Assembly (NCBI GenBank): GCA_024704765.1
Contig: JAKMXF010000324.1
Coordinates: 62,001-126,000 of the forward strand
From: Oopsacas minuta
Lineage: Eukaryota > Animalia > Porifera
Direction of reading: 5' to 3'
Length of the DNA stretch: 64,000 nt
In this document: piece after piece, positions 36,035 through 49,028 of the stretch
How positions within the stretch are numbered: the first letter of the stretch is position 1
How the letters are laid out: the number at the start of each line of letters is the position of its first letter
Program-made: the position numbers and the translations under genes
The notes under the pieces: model-generated
What the model was told of the DNA's origin: nothing
The model's input: only the letters and a program-made list of their open reading frames with translations
Databases searched by the model: none

Positions 36035-39000
36035 GATTCTCTAAATCGTGCAGAATATAATAAATCCTTATATAATCTAAAAATTATTTGATAGATTATG
36101 ACCCATATCCCCGTATACTACGACCCTTACCAATAAATGAGACAATCTACACAGCAGTTTTTGGTAACAGGAATTGGGATGAAGCAGATGAATATTGTAG
36201 AAGCAGAGGAGGATATTTGTTAAACACAACAAATAATGATCAACAACAACAAATAGTTGATAAATTAATATCAACAACTGATGAGTATTTAGATGAGTAT
36301 TATTGGACAGGATATGGGTCATGTGTTGCTATTGACAAGACAGGAAATAATATGACTTTAGAATGTAACCGAACCTTCTCACATATTTGTCAAGAGCGTA
36401 AGTTTGTGTATATACACTTAATAGGGTCACATCAGGACCAGGATATTTGGACCCAGTTTAGCGGAATAAACGTATTGACCCGATTAGGCCGAGTGCTCTA
36501 ACACCAGTTATATGGTTCTGTTTCTGACCAAGGGACCAGATTAACTGGCGGCTCTATTAACTTGAGTCTACTGTATTTTTAAAGCACAAAATTATTCAAC
36601 CACTTACCGTAATTAACACCTAGTATATCAAACTAAAACCTAATTACTTTGATGTATAAAATACTATTACAGTAGAACCTCTTTAATACGTACACCAAGG
36701 GATCGTCGAGATTTGTAACTCCTTACCCGGTGTTCGTCTTAACCGGAAATTCGTATTAAATGTGTTAGTAAAAACGAGGTTTTACTGTAGTTATAAAGCA
36801 GAGGATAGGCGTGAACAAGATTCATAAATGTAGATTGACGGATGTCAGTGTATAAGAATATCTTAGTTACATGGCCGAATATGAATATAACAAAATATTT
36901 GCAATTCAGAAATGGTCGAATACTTTTGTCCTTAAAGGTATTTCAATTTTGTGTACTTTATTAAGCTGTACCACCAACAACACCAACAGCACCAATAACT
37001 ACAGCACCAATAACTACAACACCAATAACTACAACACCAATGACCACTTCAACAGTATTACCAATCACTATAATTAAGAATGGTAAGTGATTTGGACAAT
37101 AATATCCATATACTACATATACTGCTAGATTATTGGTTCTTAACCAGTCTGCCACAGAACTTTGTTAAGTGTGTCGCCAAAACTTTTAAATTCAGGACCA
37201 CTAAATATGAAAGTGCTAGAATGAAAGTGAAACTGCTCCTTAATGCCCATTTTCCTGCATATATGTATTTGATATTCCTTAAAATATGTAGCTGAAATAA
37301 GTATGCAAGAAAGGTTAAGAAACACAAACTAATACAAATATTAATTAGCTCTTAAATTCCTATAGAGACAGTGAACTGTGCTGATCCATCCACCGATTCA
37401 CCTATTTGCATGGAACTAGTTGTGAGTGTCTGTATATTTCAAATTATATTGTATATCTTCTTGTATGTTGTTTGATATCCGAATTCACAACCTTTTTTAC
37501 CAGTGGCAGATATTAAGACATTTGTAGACCCCTCCTATAAACTGGAATAATCAATAGAGCCTGTAGATCCCCTGCTGTCGCCCACGGACCACCAAGTTCT
37601 TTTGCGAATCGAATAAGTTTCTCTGATAATTTACTTCAAATAACCTATTTTGTAGGAATTAGCCACAACTACAAGAGGAAACTTCAGTCCAGTAAGTTTA
37701 TAGAAATTCTAACTGTGACGTCATCAATTAATGATGTCGTCACAGATCTGATACTTTAATATTACACATGAATAATACCTAGGTTGCATTTCTGCTATTC
37801 AAAGAGGAATTTGTTGGTAGTTTGTTGATTGGTATAAACATAACAACAGGTGTTACAATAGAGGTTTTGGAAGAAAACAAAGGTAACAAGTTCTGCGGGT
37901 TTCCAATCTAAATATTCAAACAATTTTTTTCATTTCTAGTGCTAGTCATAGTAGGATTGGAAGCTGAGTCTAGTGCTGTTGTGTCTGTTGGTGATAATTC
38001 AATTCAAACTAATCCCAAATCTTTCGAAGGTAATTTCTATGATTTGCAATTTGTTTATTTATTATTTTATTTGTTTGTTATTTTCTAGCTAATACAATAT
38101 TGATTATCCTCGGTGAAACATATAATGATACGAATGAATTGGCAAGTAATCCGGCTAGGTGAGATCAAGAATTTTCAGAATTTCTGATTACTGTTAGTGC
38201 TGCTCCTATAGAGAGATGCACTAACTGTATGGACGATGTGTGCCGACAGTCCACGAGCCGTGCAAAATATATCTGATTCACTTAGTCACGCATATACTTT
38301 TTGGATGAATTTCTTCCAAAGTGAATAATTGACACCTTTTGGTGATTAATCATATATTAATTGCTTTTTAGATATATTTGAAAATGATGGTAGAAATTTG
38401 TTTCAACTGTTTATCAGGGGTAATTAAGTATGGAGATTCCAACTTTGACATATCTACTTGATTTATCATATGGTTAATCATATTTACCACATTATGAAAA
38501 TAATTTTGGGATTCTTGAGCTGCACTCCCTCGTCTGTCGGCTGGAATTTATAAATTCTCATTTTTGTGAATAGCACTGTCATTGTCAGTGACGTAATAAC
38601 ATTACAAGCAAGCAATGAGTTACTGGGGAATCTTTCAATTGGATTTAGTAATACAGATTTGAAAGAGCTAGATCTTGTAAGTTAACTCAAACTATGACAG
38701 TCCGTTGTATCTAACACGGTCATATCGAAGTGATTATCCCGGTCCCTTGAGCTTTGATATAACAAGAGTACACTGTATTTGTTTAGGGAAATTCAAATAT
38801 TCAATGTGTGTTTCTAACAAGTGAAGGGTAAGTTCCGAATACCAGTGAGAATTACTTTGTTCAATGTACAACAGTTTTCAAGTAATATATTCTTCTAGTA
38901 ATTGGCTTAGTGAAGGAATCATCACGAAATTCGATGGCAACGGAGATGGAAGTGTGGAATGCATCACATCACATCTAACTACATTCGCAGTATTAGTTAC

Positions 39001-42000
39001 ATTCAATTCAGATGTCAGATTGACAGTAAGAAATACAAAAATATTTGTGTTAGTGTATAGCTCCCGACAAATTCACCTGTATTATTCGAAACAATATTCA
39101 TGCCCTGAAGAGTGTCGGATTAACCGGTTCCCTAACACTACATGAGGAAAGGATGGTATGCGAAGTGTGACAGCCATACTCTTTTTGCATTAATAAATAG
39201 TGAAAAAGCGTGAGACAGGGAGAGAGGTGTCAATATTTATAAGTTACGTAACTTCTGAACGGAATCTTACAACGATATGAAACCTGAGTCCCGATTCTCA
39301 AGCAGTTCGTTCTAACAAGAGTTTCCTGTATTTATATTATTGGTGTATGAATGTTTACTCCTGTTTTGTAAATATAATTATCTTTTCAATCTAGGATATT
39401 GAAAAGCAAGTTCTAGCATACATCAGTGCAGTACTATGTGGCCTGTCATTAGCTACATTGGCCACCTCAGCCATACTATACCTATGCATTGGGTAAGTTG
39501 TATCGGATTTAAACGAATAGTTGGTCGCCAAAACAGGGGTTTATCCAAGGTGCTTAGCGGCTCAGCAATCAGGAAGGACACAAAGTCCCTCACAACCGCG
39601 CCCAAACCCTCGCAAAGTGAAACTATTCTAAAAGCAAAAATGGTTTACAGAGAATTGTTTTTTGTTATTTAGAAAGAAGTTCTTCAGGACAGATATTAAC
39701 ATAATTCAGCTCAACTTTGTGATTTCTCTAACTTTAGCTCTCATCGCATTTTTCCTACTTTCCATCCCCTACTTCGCTGAGATTGATTATAATAACATTG
39801 TGAGTTCTATAATTGAATTATAGATATTCTTAAAACCCTCAAACTGATTGATCGACACACTTATCACCTTTCTAAAAGATAAATAGTTATGCGACAATTT
39901 CAAAATTGCATACCGTAAATCCTTTCCTTGACAACTGACAAACAAACAAACAACAATTGTGATTTAATAATATAGATTTGCATGTATTCATAATGCGGCC
40001 ATATTTATAATTGTTCTCACCAGTTTTTCAAGTTAATTGGGTCAAAACACCTCTCCCTGAAATGACCCGATTAACCTGAGTCTAGTGTATTATTTATATT
40101 ATTTTATCATATAGCCTCCAGCTGTTTGCACAGGGATTGCTCTAATAAACCATTACTGTTGGCTGAGTGTATTTTGTTGGAACTTCTGTCAAGCATTACA
40201 CATAGTGATTATATTATTCGGGAATAAACTACCATTCAAAAGACACTATCTATTGGTGATAGTAATAGGATGGAGTGAGTTCAGGACAGCAGTTCTCAGT
40301 TCCCCTGTGGTCCACAGAGGACAGTAGGGGGTCCACAAATGTGTCAAAATTTATATAGGGGGTGAAAAGGTTGGGAACCACTGCGATAAAGAGTAATGTA
40401 AAAGTATATCGTGGTAGTTGGATTTGGCGTCCGAATAGCCAGTTTCCTCACAACAAACTTGAGTCTGTAGTATGACACATGCACTTACCTTTTTGGCAAG
40501 TGTATACAGTGTAATCTCTAGAAATTAGGATTCTGGAAATGGAGCCACATTTTGGACACATTTTGAGAGTCATGCCATGCTTTATCGGGTCAAAAAGTAT
40601 CTAGTGGATTATTATTGGCCTAATTAATACAATGCCCGTCATTCCTTCTATCTGTGCCATTATCTTAACAATTTAGTAGTATTTTCAGACCTTATGGGTA
40701 ATTAAGCATATTCAACATGTTTTGGGTTCAAAAGTATTCCAACGGGGGAACAGGGTAACAGTGAATAGGCACCCTAGGTTCCGAGCAAGACCCCTGTTTG
40801 CTTTACTAAATATTTTATTAATTTCTAACACTTCTAGGTTTACCAATACCAATTGTAGTTATCACTTTGGGAATGGGATTAGCATTTGGTTCATATTTGA
40901 ATACGAGTGATGAATTGTAAGTTACAATTGTAACTAATGTAGCTACGTGTTAGTGTTTATGTTTGTTTTAGGTGTTACTTGAATACTGAAAATGGTCTCA
41001 TTTGGGCGCTATTAGGACCACTTTATGTCCTCATATTGGTGAGTGAAATATGGTCATACATACGACAGAGATTCATAAATTCCATCTTTCATTTCCGTTG
41101 TCAGGGCTGTTTAATTATTTATTGTTATTTATTTTTAGATAAATATGTCTATTCTTATACTAATAACAATTGTTAGCATTTACGTGCAGAGAAATAGAAG
41201 GAAGAAGCCGACATATTTATGGTAAATATATTTCATCACATTTTGTCACCTCAATCATTACTACCCTATTTTCCCTTGTAACTGTTCCACCTGGAAATAT
41301 TCAATTGGCAAGTATGGTCACCTCCCATTAAGTCCATTTGGTAGCCATCGTTAACACCTTCCACTGTATTATCGTATACAATGGGTATCAGTTATAAGAA
41401 CATACAGGATATAAGCACCATCCTCTGGAAACGGTTCTCATATATTCCTGTATATTTATACCGGTTATGAGAACATGCATTGCTACTCCCAAGGATGTTC
41501 TTATAACCAACATCCACTAGCGACAGCCCATTCAGTGCCGTTTAGACAAGTTTGACTGTGGTTTAGTGTACTATCTTTCTAGGAGATTAATATTTGGCAT
41601 TGCTACTACTATTCCCCTTTTGGGGTTACCTTGGATTCTCGGATTTCTTCCGAACCTGTCTGGACTAACGAATAACAGCAATTTATCTTGGTTGAGTTTC
41701 GTGTTTGTTATTCTTAACGCTTCACAGGTATGTAGATTTGTTGTTCTAAACAAACACAAACAAATAACAAACCTTTGAATTTTCATATATATACAAATGA
41801 TTGTTGTTATTTAGGGAATAATATTCTTCATCGCTCATGTTTTAAGGAACCAAGAGGTAAGTTTATACAAATAATAACAACTTTCTTACGTTTTAAAGAG
41901 ACGCAGAATTCAATTCTGACACTTTCAAAGTCTAACACAATGATTTGCATGCGATTTGAAATTGCTGGTTAAAATTGGCTTATTTAGTGTATTTTGTTTC

Positions 42001-42680
42001 ATTAATCCACTGTGCCGAAGGGAGCGTTCAAACGTGACGTAACGCAAAGATTCCCTAAATATTAACATTGTTGTTGTTGTTGTTCACAGATTCAAGGATT
42101 GTTTAGCTCTAATTTAAAAGCTGACATTGATATTGAACCAGACGACAAGCAAGAAAAAATGAAGGTAATAAGTAAATAAATGTATGTACATTTTTCGTGT
42201 TTGTTGCCTTGTACCGTCAGCATAGCTTCTAATAGAAACCGATATCTTCGAGTTAAGCAGAGTGAAAAGTACACACATATACTAAATTGATTGAAGAAAT
42301 AGCGGGATATGGGACTTTTGGCGGGATCGGGATATAGCATGATAATATTTGTCCAAACTACAGTAAAGCAGGGAAATTATGCCGGATATACCCCACAAGT
42401 GGCGACAGGGCCATAGGAGCCTGTGCGACGCTCGCCGCGCCAATAATTTTTGCTTCCAACGTCTCTGAAGCGTCCGTACGGTCCAAAAATCCATGACATA
42501 GTTCTGACCGCAATTATTATACCAACATTTCTCATACGAGTTTAGAGAGAAGCAATCGAAGGAAATCTAAGAGGGACAGAAGGAACATATAGCTTAAGGG
42601 AAGATGTTTCGCCTAATTATTATTGTTCTAACGGTAAGGAGAAAAATGAAATATTTCAAAATGATCATACAGAATTGTAA
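31810..42680 (+). CDS. Adhesion GPCR with signal peptide, 7 C-type-lectin-like domains, Thr/Pro stalk, GAIN/GPS and 7TM; 27 exons, about 1495 aa
   Basis: All 27 exons join in phase (4488 nt): lectin exons 32122-36397, stalk 36966-37082, GPS exon 38899-39025 (W...C..SHL|TTFAVL), 7TM exons 39395-41856 (GLPWILG, LNASQGIIFF). Last exon 42546-42680 is less certain. Confidence 0.9.
31919..32054. mobile_element. MITE family B (CATACTTGCCAAC...GTTGGCAAGTATG), representative copy
   Basis: Perfect 13-bp TIR. Related copies at 44482-44678, 57847-58008, 61305-61507 and partial at about 63233-63300, all with internal ttttggcgggac repeats. Confidence 0.85.
35217..35462 (-). pseudogene. UBA6: N-terminal fragment of ubiquitin-activating enzyme UBA6 inside an aGPCR intron
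   Basis: [46 protein letters not shown] matches UBA6 (YSRQRYVLG, versus YSRQLYVLG in UBA1). It then degenerates and stops at 81 aa. Confidence 0.75.
40287..40383. mobile_element. MITE family C (CAGCGGTTCCCAAC-type termini, hAT-Charlie-like), representative copy
   Basis: cagcagttctca...ggttgggaaccactg. The core ctgctgtcgtc/ggaccccaggttggg recurs at about 1303-1335, 8047, 19381-19435, 20230, 37555, 50581-50673, 53675, 60277. Confidence 0.75.
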
Positions 42681-43113
42681 ATATTTTCATTTGGTTATTT
42701 GTTCATTTGTATTTTCACCTGTTTTGCATGTTTGTTGTTTATTTTGTTGGTAAACTCATTTACTAATAAATTACATCACAAAACGTGATAATGAGAAAGT
42801 TGTTTCAGCTCAACATAATATCCTAAGCATGCGGGTGGAAGGCATTCCGTTGTAGAGGTGTTGTCTGCTTTTCGGAGTGTCCGTTTTGGAAGAATCCAAG
42901 TATGTTACTTTGACGGCTTGGGGCCATATTCGTACAGTTAACACTTCGTTATAACCGGAGTTTACTATAATTCATTTATTGCCTATAATTCTAATAGTTA
43001 TTGAACTCGTTGATAAATAATACATAAAAAGGATAGTTCATATAAGCCTAAAATAAACAAACAAACGAACAAACAAACAACCTATCATTCTAAATCGGAA
43101 TTTATTAACCTAA

Positions 43114-46100
43114 TTAGCTATTAAGAATTTCGGAATGATGTTTGATATGTTCTTCTATAAAAGTTTTAACGAAATAAAAGCTATGATCATAACCCTCTTG
43201 ATAGCGTGTTATGCATTGGAATTTGTTAGCCAGACACGCATTAGTCAGATTCTCAGGTAACAGCTGTTTTTCTTTGTAGTATTGGTCCTCTTTTCCTTGG
43301 TCAATGAGAAACATGAGAGGAGGTCCTTTGTATTTTGCTACCAACTCCGTCGCGTCCCATTCTTTCCAGGTTTCGATATCAGGGCCAAGATAACCTGCAA
43401 AATGAATGTATATAGCATCCATGGTTGTCAATCTGGATATTAGGAATGTGTATTTTGAGGAAATAGTGTTTTAATTTGTATTAGGGATGGGGACTGCATT
43501 TGTCAGAATTAATATTTGGTTGACTGTCACTTGTTATCGTTGGATCTGGAGCAGTCTGTGAGTTGCTGAGAGTACTTAGAACTCACGTTGTATTTGGTTA
43601 GGGCAAGTGACAGTCAACCAAATAATGATTCGGATAAGTAACAATCCCGAGTATTCTGACAAATGCATGCACCTCATCTGTACACTTATCCATGGAGTAT
43701 ATCAAATTTTGGGGCTATGAAAGTGTTTGATATTTAACCATGGATGGCTGATTTATTTTATCTGCTCGGATGTTGCTTCATGTCATTTTGCTGCACTCCT
43801 CGCTTCGTTGGAGGCAAATAAACAAATCCGCCATCTATGGTTAAGTAATCAATAATCAAATAGATAGTTAGTGAGCAATATTGTAGTCACCGAAATATCA
43901 CTTCGAGATACTATTTGATATCTAAAATATTATAAACAAACATAAACAAACCTGAGAAAGCCTTTTTGCCCCATGGACAATTCATAGGGTTACAAATGGG
44001 AGCAAACGCGCTAACAGATCGGTACATTCCTGGGTTTCTAAGGGCAAGCATGAGTGCTCCATGACCTCCCATGCTATATCCACTTATCGCAACTCTATCT
44101 GGAATAGCTGGGAAATTTGCATTCACGAAGCATGGCAACTCTTGTGTTACATAGGTATGCATGTTATAATTTTTCTTCCATTTTTCTTGGGTGGCATCTA
44201 GGTAGAATCCTGCACCCACTCCAAAGTCCCAATCATCAGTTTCTCCTTCGATGTTGCAACCTAAAATTGGCCCATTATTAGTAGTGCAGTCCAATAGGGA
44301 GTTGTCCTAAACTACGAACGACAGCAAGATCTCAAAATTTGTAACTGAGTCTATGGAGGAGGGTGTATCGTCCATGTTGTTTGGATAATTGGTACAACAA
44401 TAGATCTGTGGATCACCAAAGGCCTCATGGACCCCAGCGCTGACATAGGTTGTTAAAACAAACTTTGCAAATCGCCAAATACATACTTGCCAACTGTCCC
44501 ACGTTTGTAACATATGTAGAGGGCTAATTAGGCTATGTCCCGCCAAAACTTGCCAAAAACCTTAATTATCCCGCTGTTTTTGTAGTTTAGATTTATACAA
44601 ATATGTTACGTCACGCGATGTCCCGCTAAATTAGCAACTTCCGTCCAGCTCTTTTCTCCCCTCAGTTTGGCAAGTATGCAAATGAACATTGCAAATGGTC
44701 CAAGCCGCAATCCTATATCCCTATAGAAACCTAAATGTACTTTCATAATGAATTTGCTTCTTACAATACACCAAATATATGGCATGCACACCAGATGCAT
44801 GAACCTAGCGCGTAGAGATAATAAGAGGTATTTGTGCGGTACGAGTATACCCTACAAGATAGCGTATATCATTGAAATTAAGTATATTGTAATATTACAC
44901 AATAGATGCACCTGAATGGTAGTAAGGTATTCCAGTTTGTGGTGTAACAAAGTGGTCTTTATTAGGGTAAAAGGTGCTAAGTGATTTGTTGTTTGTTGTG
45001 TTTGGCGCGCAAATATGATTAGCAAGGGTTGGCCCAATTGGGCAGGTGGACATGATTAAAGGTGTCAAAGATATCACAGATTTTGCAAATATCTCAGGAA
45101 TAGTGTATGAAAGTGTTCTGTAATATTTAGAAAGAATAAAATAAAATATCAGTTCCACAACAAAAGGTGTGAATTGAGTATATTAAAATCATACATTTCG
45201 TCACCTGATAATTATCTTAATAAAGAACGAATTAACCAATTAGATCTCCCATTTGTTCCCCTTTAGAATTCATATAATTCCCCAAACAATATCTAAATTA
45301 CAGTTTGTGTCACGTAACTTCATTTATAGAATAATATTCTGGAAAAATAGATTACGTGTGACCCTACAGGTGTTTCGAAGCTCAAGGGATTGTGATAATT
45401 ACTGAGATATGTCTATCAAAAGGTGTGAAGATATACACATAAGAAAATGGCTGAAACCAGGAAGGGCATGGGCTAGTTCAAATTGGTTCAACACCATAAT
45501 CACAAGTTCTATAATGGGTAGATAGATTCAGTTGCAGTTCATAAACTGATAATACAAACAATTGAATGAATAGTTCACATCAACAATGGAATTTGGTTCT
45601 TATGAATTAAGTGAACTCTCAATTCTGATTCTTCAAGACGTTTATCACCTTTTTTCTCGGACATCTGTCGAGGTTTCGTTTAGATATTTGCACTTCTATT
45701 AAATAGACAATTCCACACAATTGTGTCAAATTTCAAGTTCATAACCCTTAACACTTTATATTGGCGCCAATATTTCTGCAATTCCCAATTGTCACAAATT
45801 TTATTAAATAATATGAGTAACATTCCACAACTACATATGCGTAACCATATGCCATATTATAAATACTGGTAATGATTGTTAGATAGCGAAATTCCAATGT
45901 GTTCCTTTCGCAACTATGTAAATTCCAATGTGTTCCTTTCGCAACTATGTAAATTCCAATGTGTTCCTTTCGTAACTATGTAAATTACAAGTATATATTC
46001 GTAGGAATGGGCTAATGAATAAATGTATTGAGCCATTTTGGAGTAAATTGACCAATCATATGACGATTATAACTTGGAATTGAACTTAATTAGTAAAATA

Positions 46101-48494
46101 GCGCCTAAATATCAAAGAGTACCGCGTTCTGGGATCAAATGGCGCCCAAAATGATGAGCATCTATAATAAGCATAATCTACCATATTTGACTGGTTAAAC
46201 ACATTCCAAACCAATCAAAAGGTATCTAAGTTCGGATTCTTATAGGATAGTAATGTTATTTGTCTGTATATCAACTGTTCAATTGTTGATTGGATATTGA
46301 TTGACTAATCAGCTTTGATAGATTAATTAAACTAGCGCCAAAACTGCATATATTTCCAGGCGGGAAAATGTATTTTACGCGGGTTAAAAGTAAATTACTT
46401 AATCTAGCGGGCAATGATAGATTGGTACTGAATGATAATAGAATAGATCGTCAAAATGTGACCAAATGTAAGGCAGCAATTGCAATGAGATAAACACGTG
46501 GCTATAACATCTAATCCCAAAAATCAGTTACTTATAGAATTAACGAATATGGGAACAATCGGAGGCAAGCGGACGAATTATTTCAATTTTAATTCCCAGT
46601 AAAACAATGAATTATAATCCATATACGTATAATCATAAATATGCTAATTATACAACTAAATTCGTCACTACAAAACATATGATTATACTGAGATATCACG
46701 AATGGTTAAAATCAACAGAATTCGAATCTAAACCCTACGTTAAGTGTCCAAAAAAGTTGATGATTAAGCAAAAAATTGGTATGCATGTGTATATACATAT
46801 TCACACTCCAAATACCAGCTGTAAAATACTTGACGTGTTACTCAACTCGCTAAATAATTTGAAAAATTTGCCACCAAAATGTACAAAATTCCAGTGATTA
46901 TACACAAAAACGATATTTATATTCGTTTAAATTTCCATAAATTAGTTCCATATTGCATATAACATTAGTAACCATAATAGCATTTGGTAGACACAATTTG
47001 TCTAGTCAATTCGACACAATAATAATTAACAATTCGTCAAATTTGACCAAAATATTGTGTAAAATCTTACACTTTAGAACCAAAAATTTTATTATAAAAT
47101 CAAACTTTTGCTTCAGTCATTGTCCAATAAAAAAAGCATAAATTATTGCCCGCATATTTCTTCTATTCAAAAAATAACTTCTTGAGAATTGGGCGGGCTT
47201 TCATAATCAAAATCTGTAAATCAATGAATTCCTGCTGGATAAAAGGCGGGGTTTCTTATTCGATAATATGCATACACAATAATTATGTAATACAAAGATT
47301 ACTTGGGTTCATATGGTAGGCAGGTGTATTGTCAATGAATTGAATTGCAAATTTGAATTAATTGGATAAGCTCATGGTTATGAATCGATTGAAGAACTGT
47401 TAAGCGGTCAAAGTATCCCACGAATGGGGGGGAGATATTTGCACCATGGTAGGGGAGAGGTCATAATTGATCCAGTACTAATTTGAGTCTCACAGTCGGC
47501 ACTTTCTGTCTTTCTCATGGCGGATGAACTGGCTCTTTTAGGTGCTCGCCAAACACCTAGACACACCCAAGGGAGGGCACTATCCACTTATGACAAATTT
47601 ATACCAATTTGATGCAAGTGGAATATGATAAATCAGGAAATATGTATAATATCCATGCGATATATCAACATATCTTTGAGAAAGAGTGTTATCATTAACC
47701 AGCTGTATTGCTGATTTGGTGGAAGTATTCGATAGTAAATTCCAATAAAAACTTTCTTAAACAAACTTTATACCAAAAATGAGCAACAAAATACAAAAAT
47801 ATATATTAGCATTGTAAATATTACTTTATCATGTAAAAATACAAAAATGTATACGAATACAAATCAAGGAAATGATGTAAACAAAAATTAGCACGTAAAC
47901 AGGCTAAAATGATTTATTTTTAGATTTTGAAAACAAAATTTGCAAATATTAATAATCAAAAATTTTACATTGAAAATGACACCTCCCTAAGTAGATGAAT
48001 TGAGTTTTCTAGAAGTTAAGACATTTCAATAAGAAATTAAAAGTTGCAAATTGTGTCACAAAGTACAAAATTGTGTCACATTTCAAAAAATCATTTATTG
48101 GTCAATTCGACCTATTTTTAACTTTCAGAAGCCTGAAATTCTATTGGCTAAGAAAGCAGCGAAAACTGATTTAATAAAACAGACATAATCAACAATAAAA
48201 AGGTGTTAGAATCTATAAATTTAGTTTCTCACCTCTTGGACTTGTGTCAGGACCTACAATAATGATCCCATAAGTGGCAGCAGCCTTCTGCGCGCCACCT
48301 TTATTGATAAACACCTGTTCATCGCAAGTCAACCCTGAGAGAAAATACAAAACTGGACACTTTCCATCTTTGCTTTTGGGAGGAAGAAATATTGAAAATT
48401 TCATTTTACAACCTAAGGATGTACTATCGTGACTGATAACAAGTTGATCACCTCCAAAACACTTTGATGTACTGATCACATTAATTGTTGACAT
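43114..48494 (-). CDS. ESD: S-formylglutathione hydrolase / esterase D, 3 exons, 283 aa
   Basis: Exons 48494-48233, 44260-43952, 43394-43114 (852 nt). Motifs [22 protein letters not shown], Gx[14 protein letters not shown]. Confidence 0.95.
43495..43667. mobile_element. Foldback element with two nested perfect inverted repeats, in ESD intron 2
   Basis: 15-bp IR 43495-43509/43653-43667 and 20-bp IR 43514-43533/43604-43623; tagggatgg immediately upstream. Confidence 0.75.
44482..44678. mobile_element. MITE family B copy in ESD intron 1
   Basis: catacttgccaac...tttggcaagtatg termini; internal atgtcccgccaaaact. Confidence 0.8.
45889..45990. repeat. 31-bp tandem repeat, about 3.3 copies
   Basis: aaattccaatgtgttcctttcgcaactatgt at 45889, 45920 and 45951 (one substitution). 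Confidence 0.95.
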
Positions 48495-49028
48495 CCTTAT
48501 TTGCTAATTCAATAAGTAAATAACAACAATCTAAGTAATAAACAAATAGCAGAAATTTCATGTCAATTAGGGACGAGGAAATATTGGTCCGATTAACCGC
48601 AGCTATTTCACACTTTGGTGGCTCTGTTTCTGGCCAAGTTATCCAATTAAGCATAGCCTACTGTAGTGAAATAAACAAAACAACAAACAAGTAAACAAAT
48701 ATGCAATAAGTGCAGTAGAGTTCGCTCTATTGGGCCAATTCGGGATCAGAGCATTTCGACTCGGTTAACCAATTGCCAAATAAACGCAGTCTACTGTAAA
48801 ATCCTTGCAAACTAAGATAAACAAATAAATAAACAAATGTATACAACTCAAAAACAAACAAACTGTTGTGTCTTAATAAAGGATTATTAACTCAAAATAG
48901 TGTCAATTTGCTTTCCATAGAAATATCCTCTAGATGGTTTCTGTAATATGCACTACAAGAGTATATATACCTTGCAATATGTAACTATGCTATTATATAC
49001 AATTGTAAATACATTCCATTGACCAAAA

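Noticed and set aside
38159-38573. Extra GAIN exon near 38372-38420
   Set aside because: The flanking exons join directly in phase 2 (NPAS-TVIV), and the candidate gives a stop or phase conflict.
45889-45990. 31-bp repeats as a mini-CRISPR
   Set aside because: The length is CRISPR-like but the copies abut directly without spacers.
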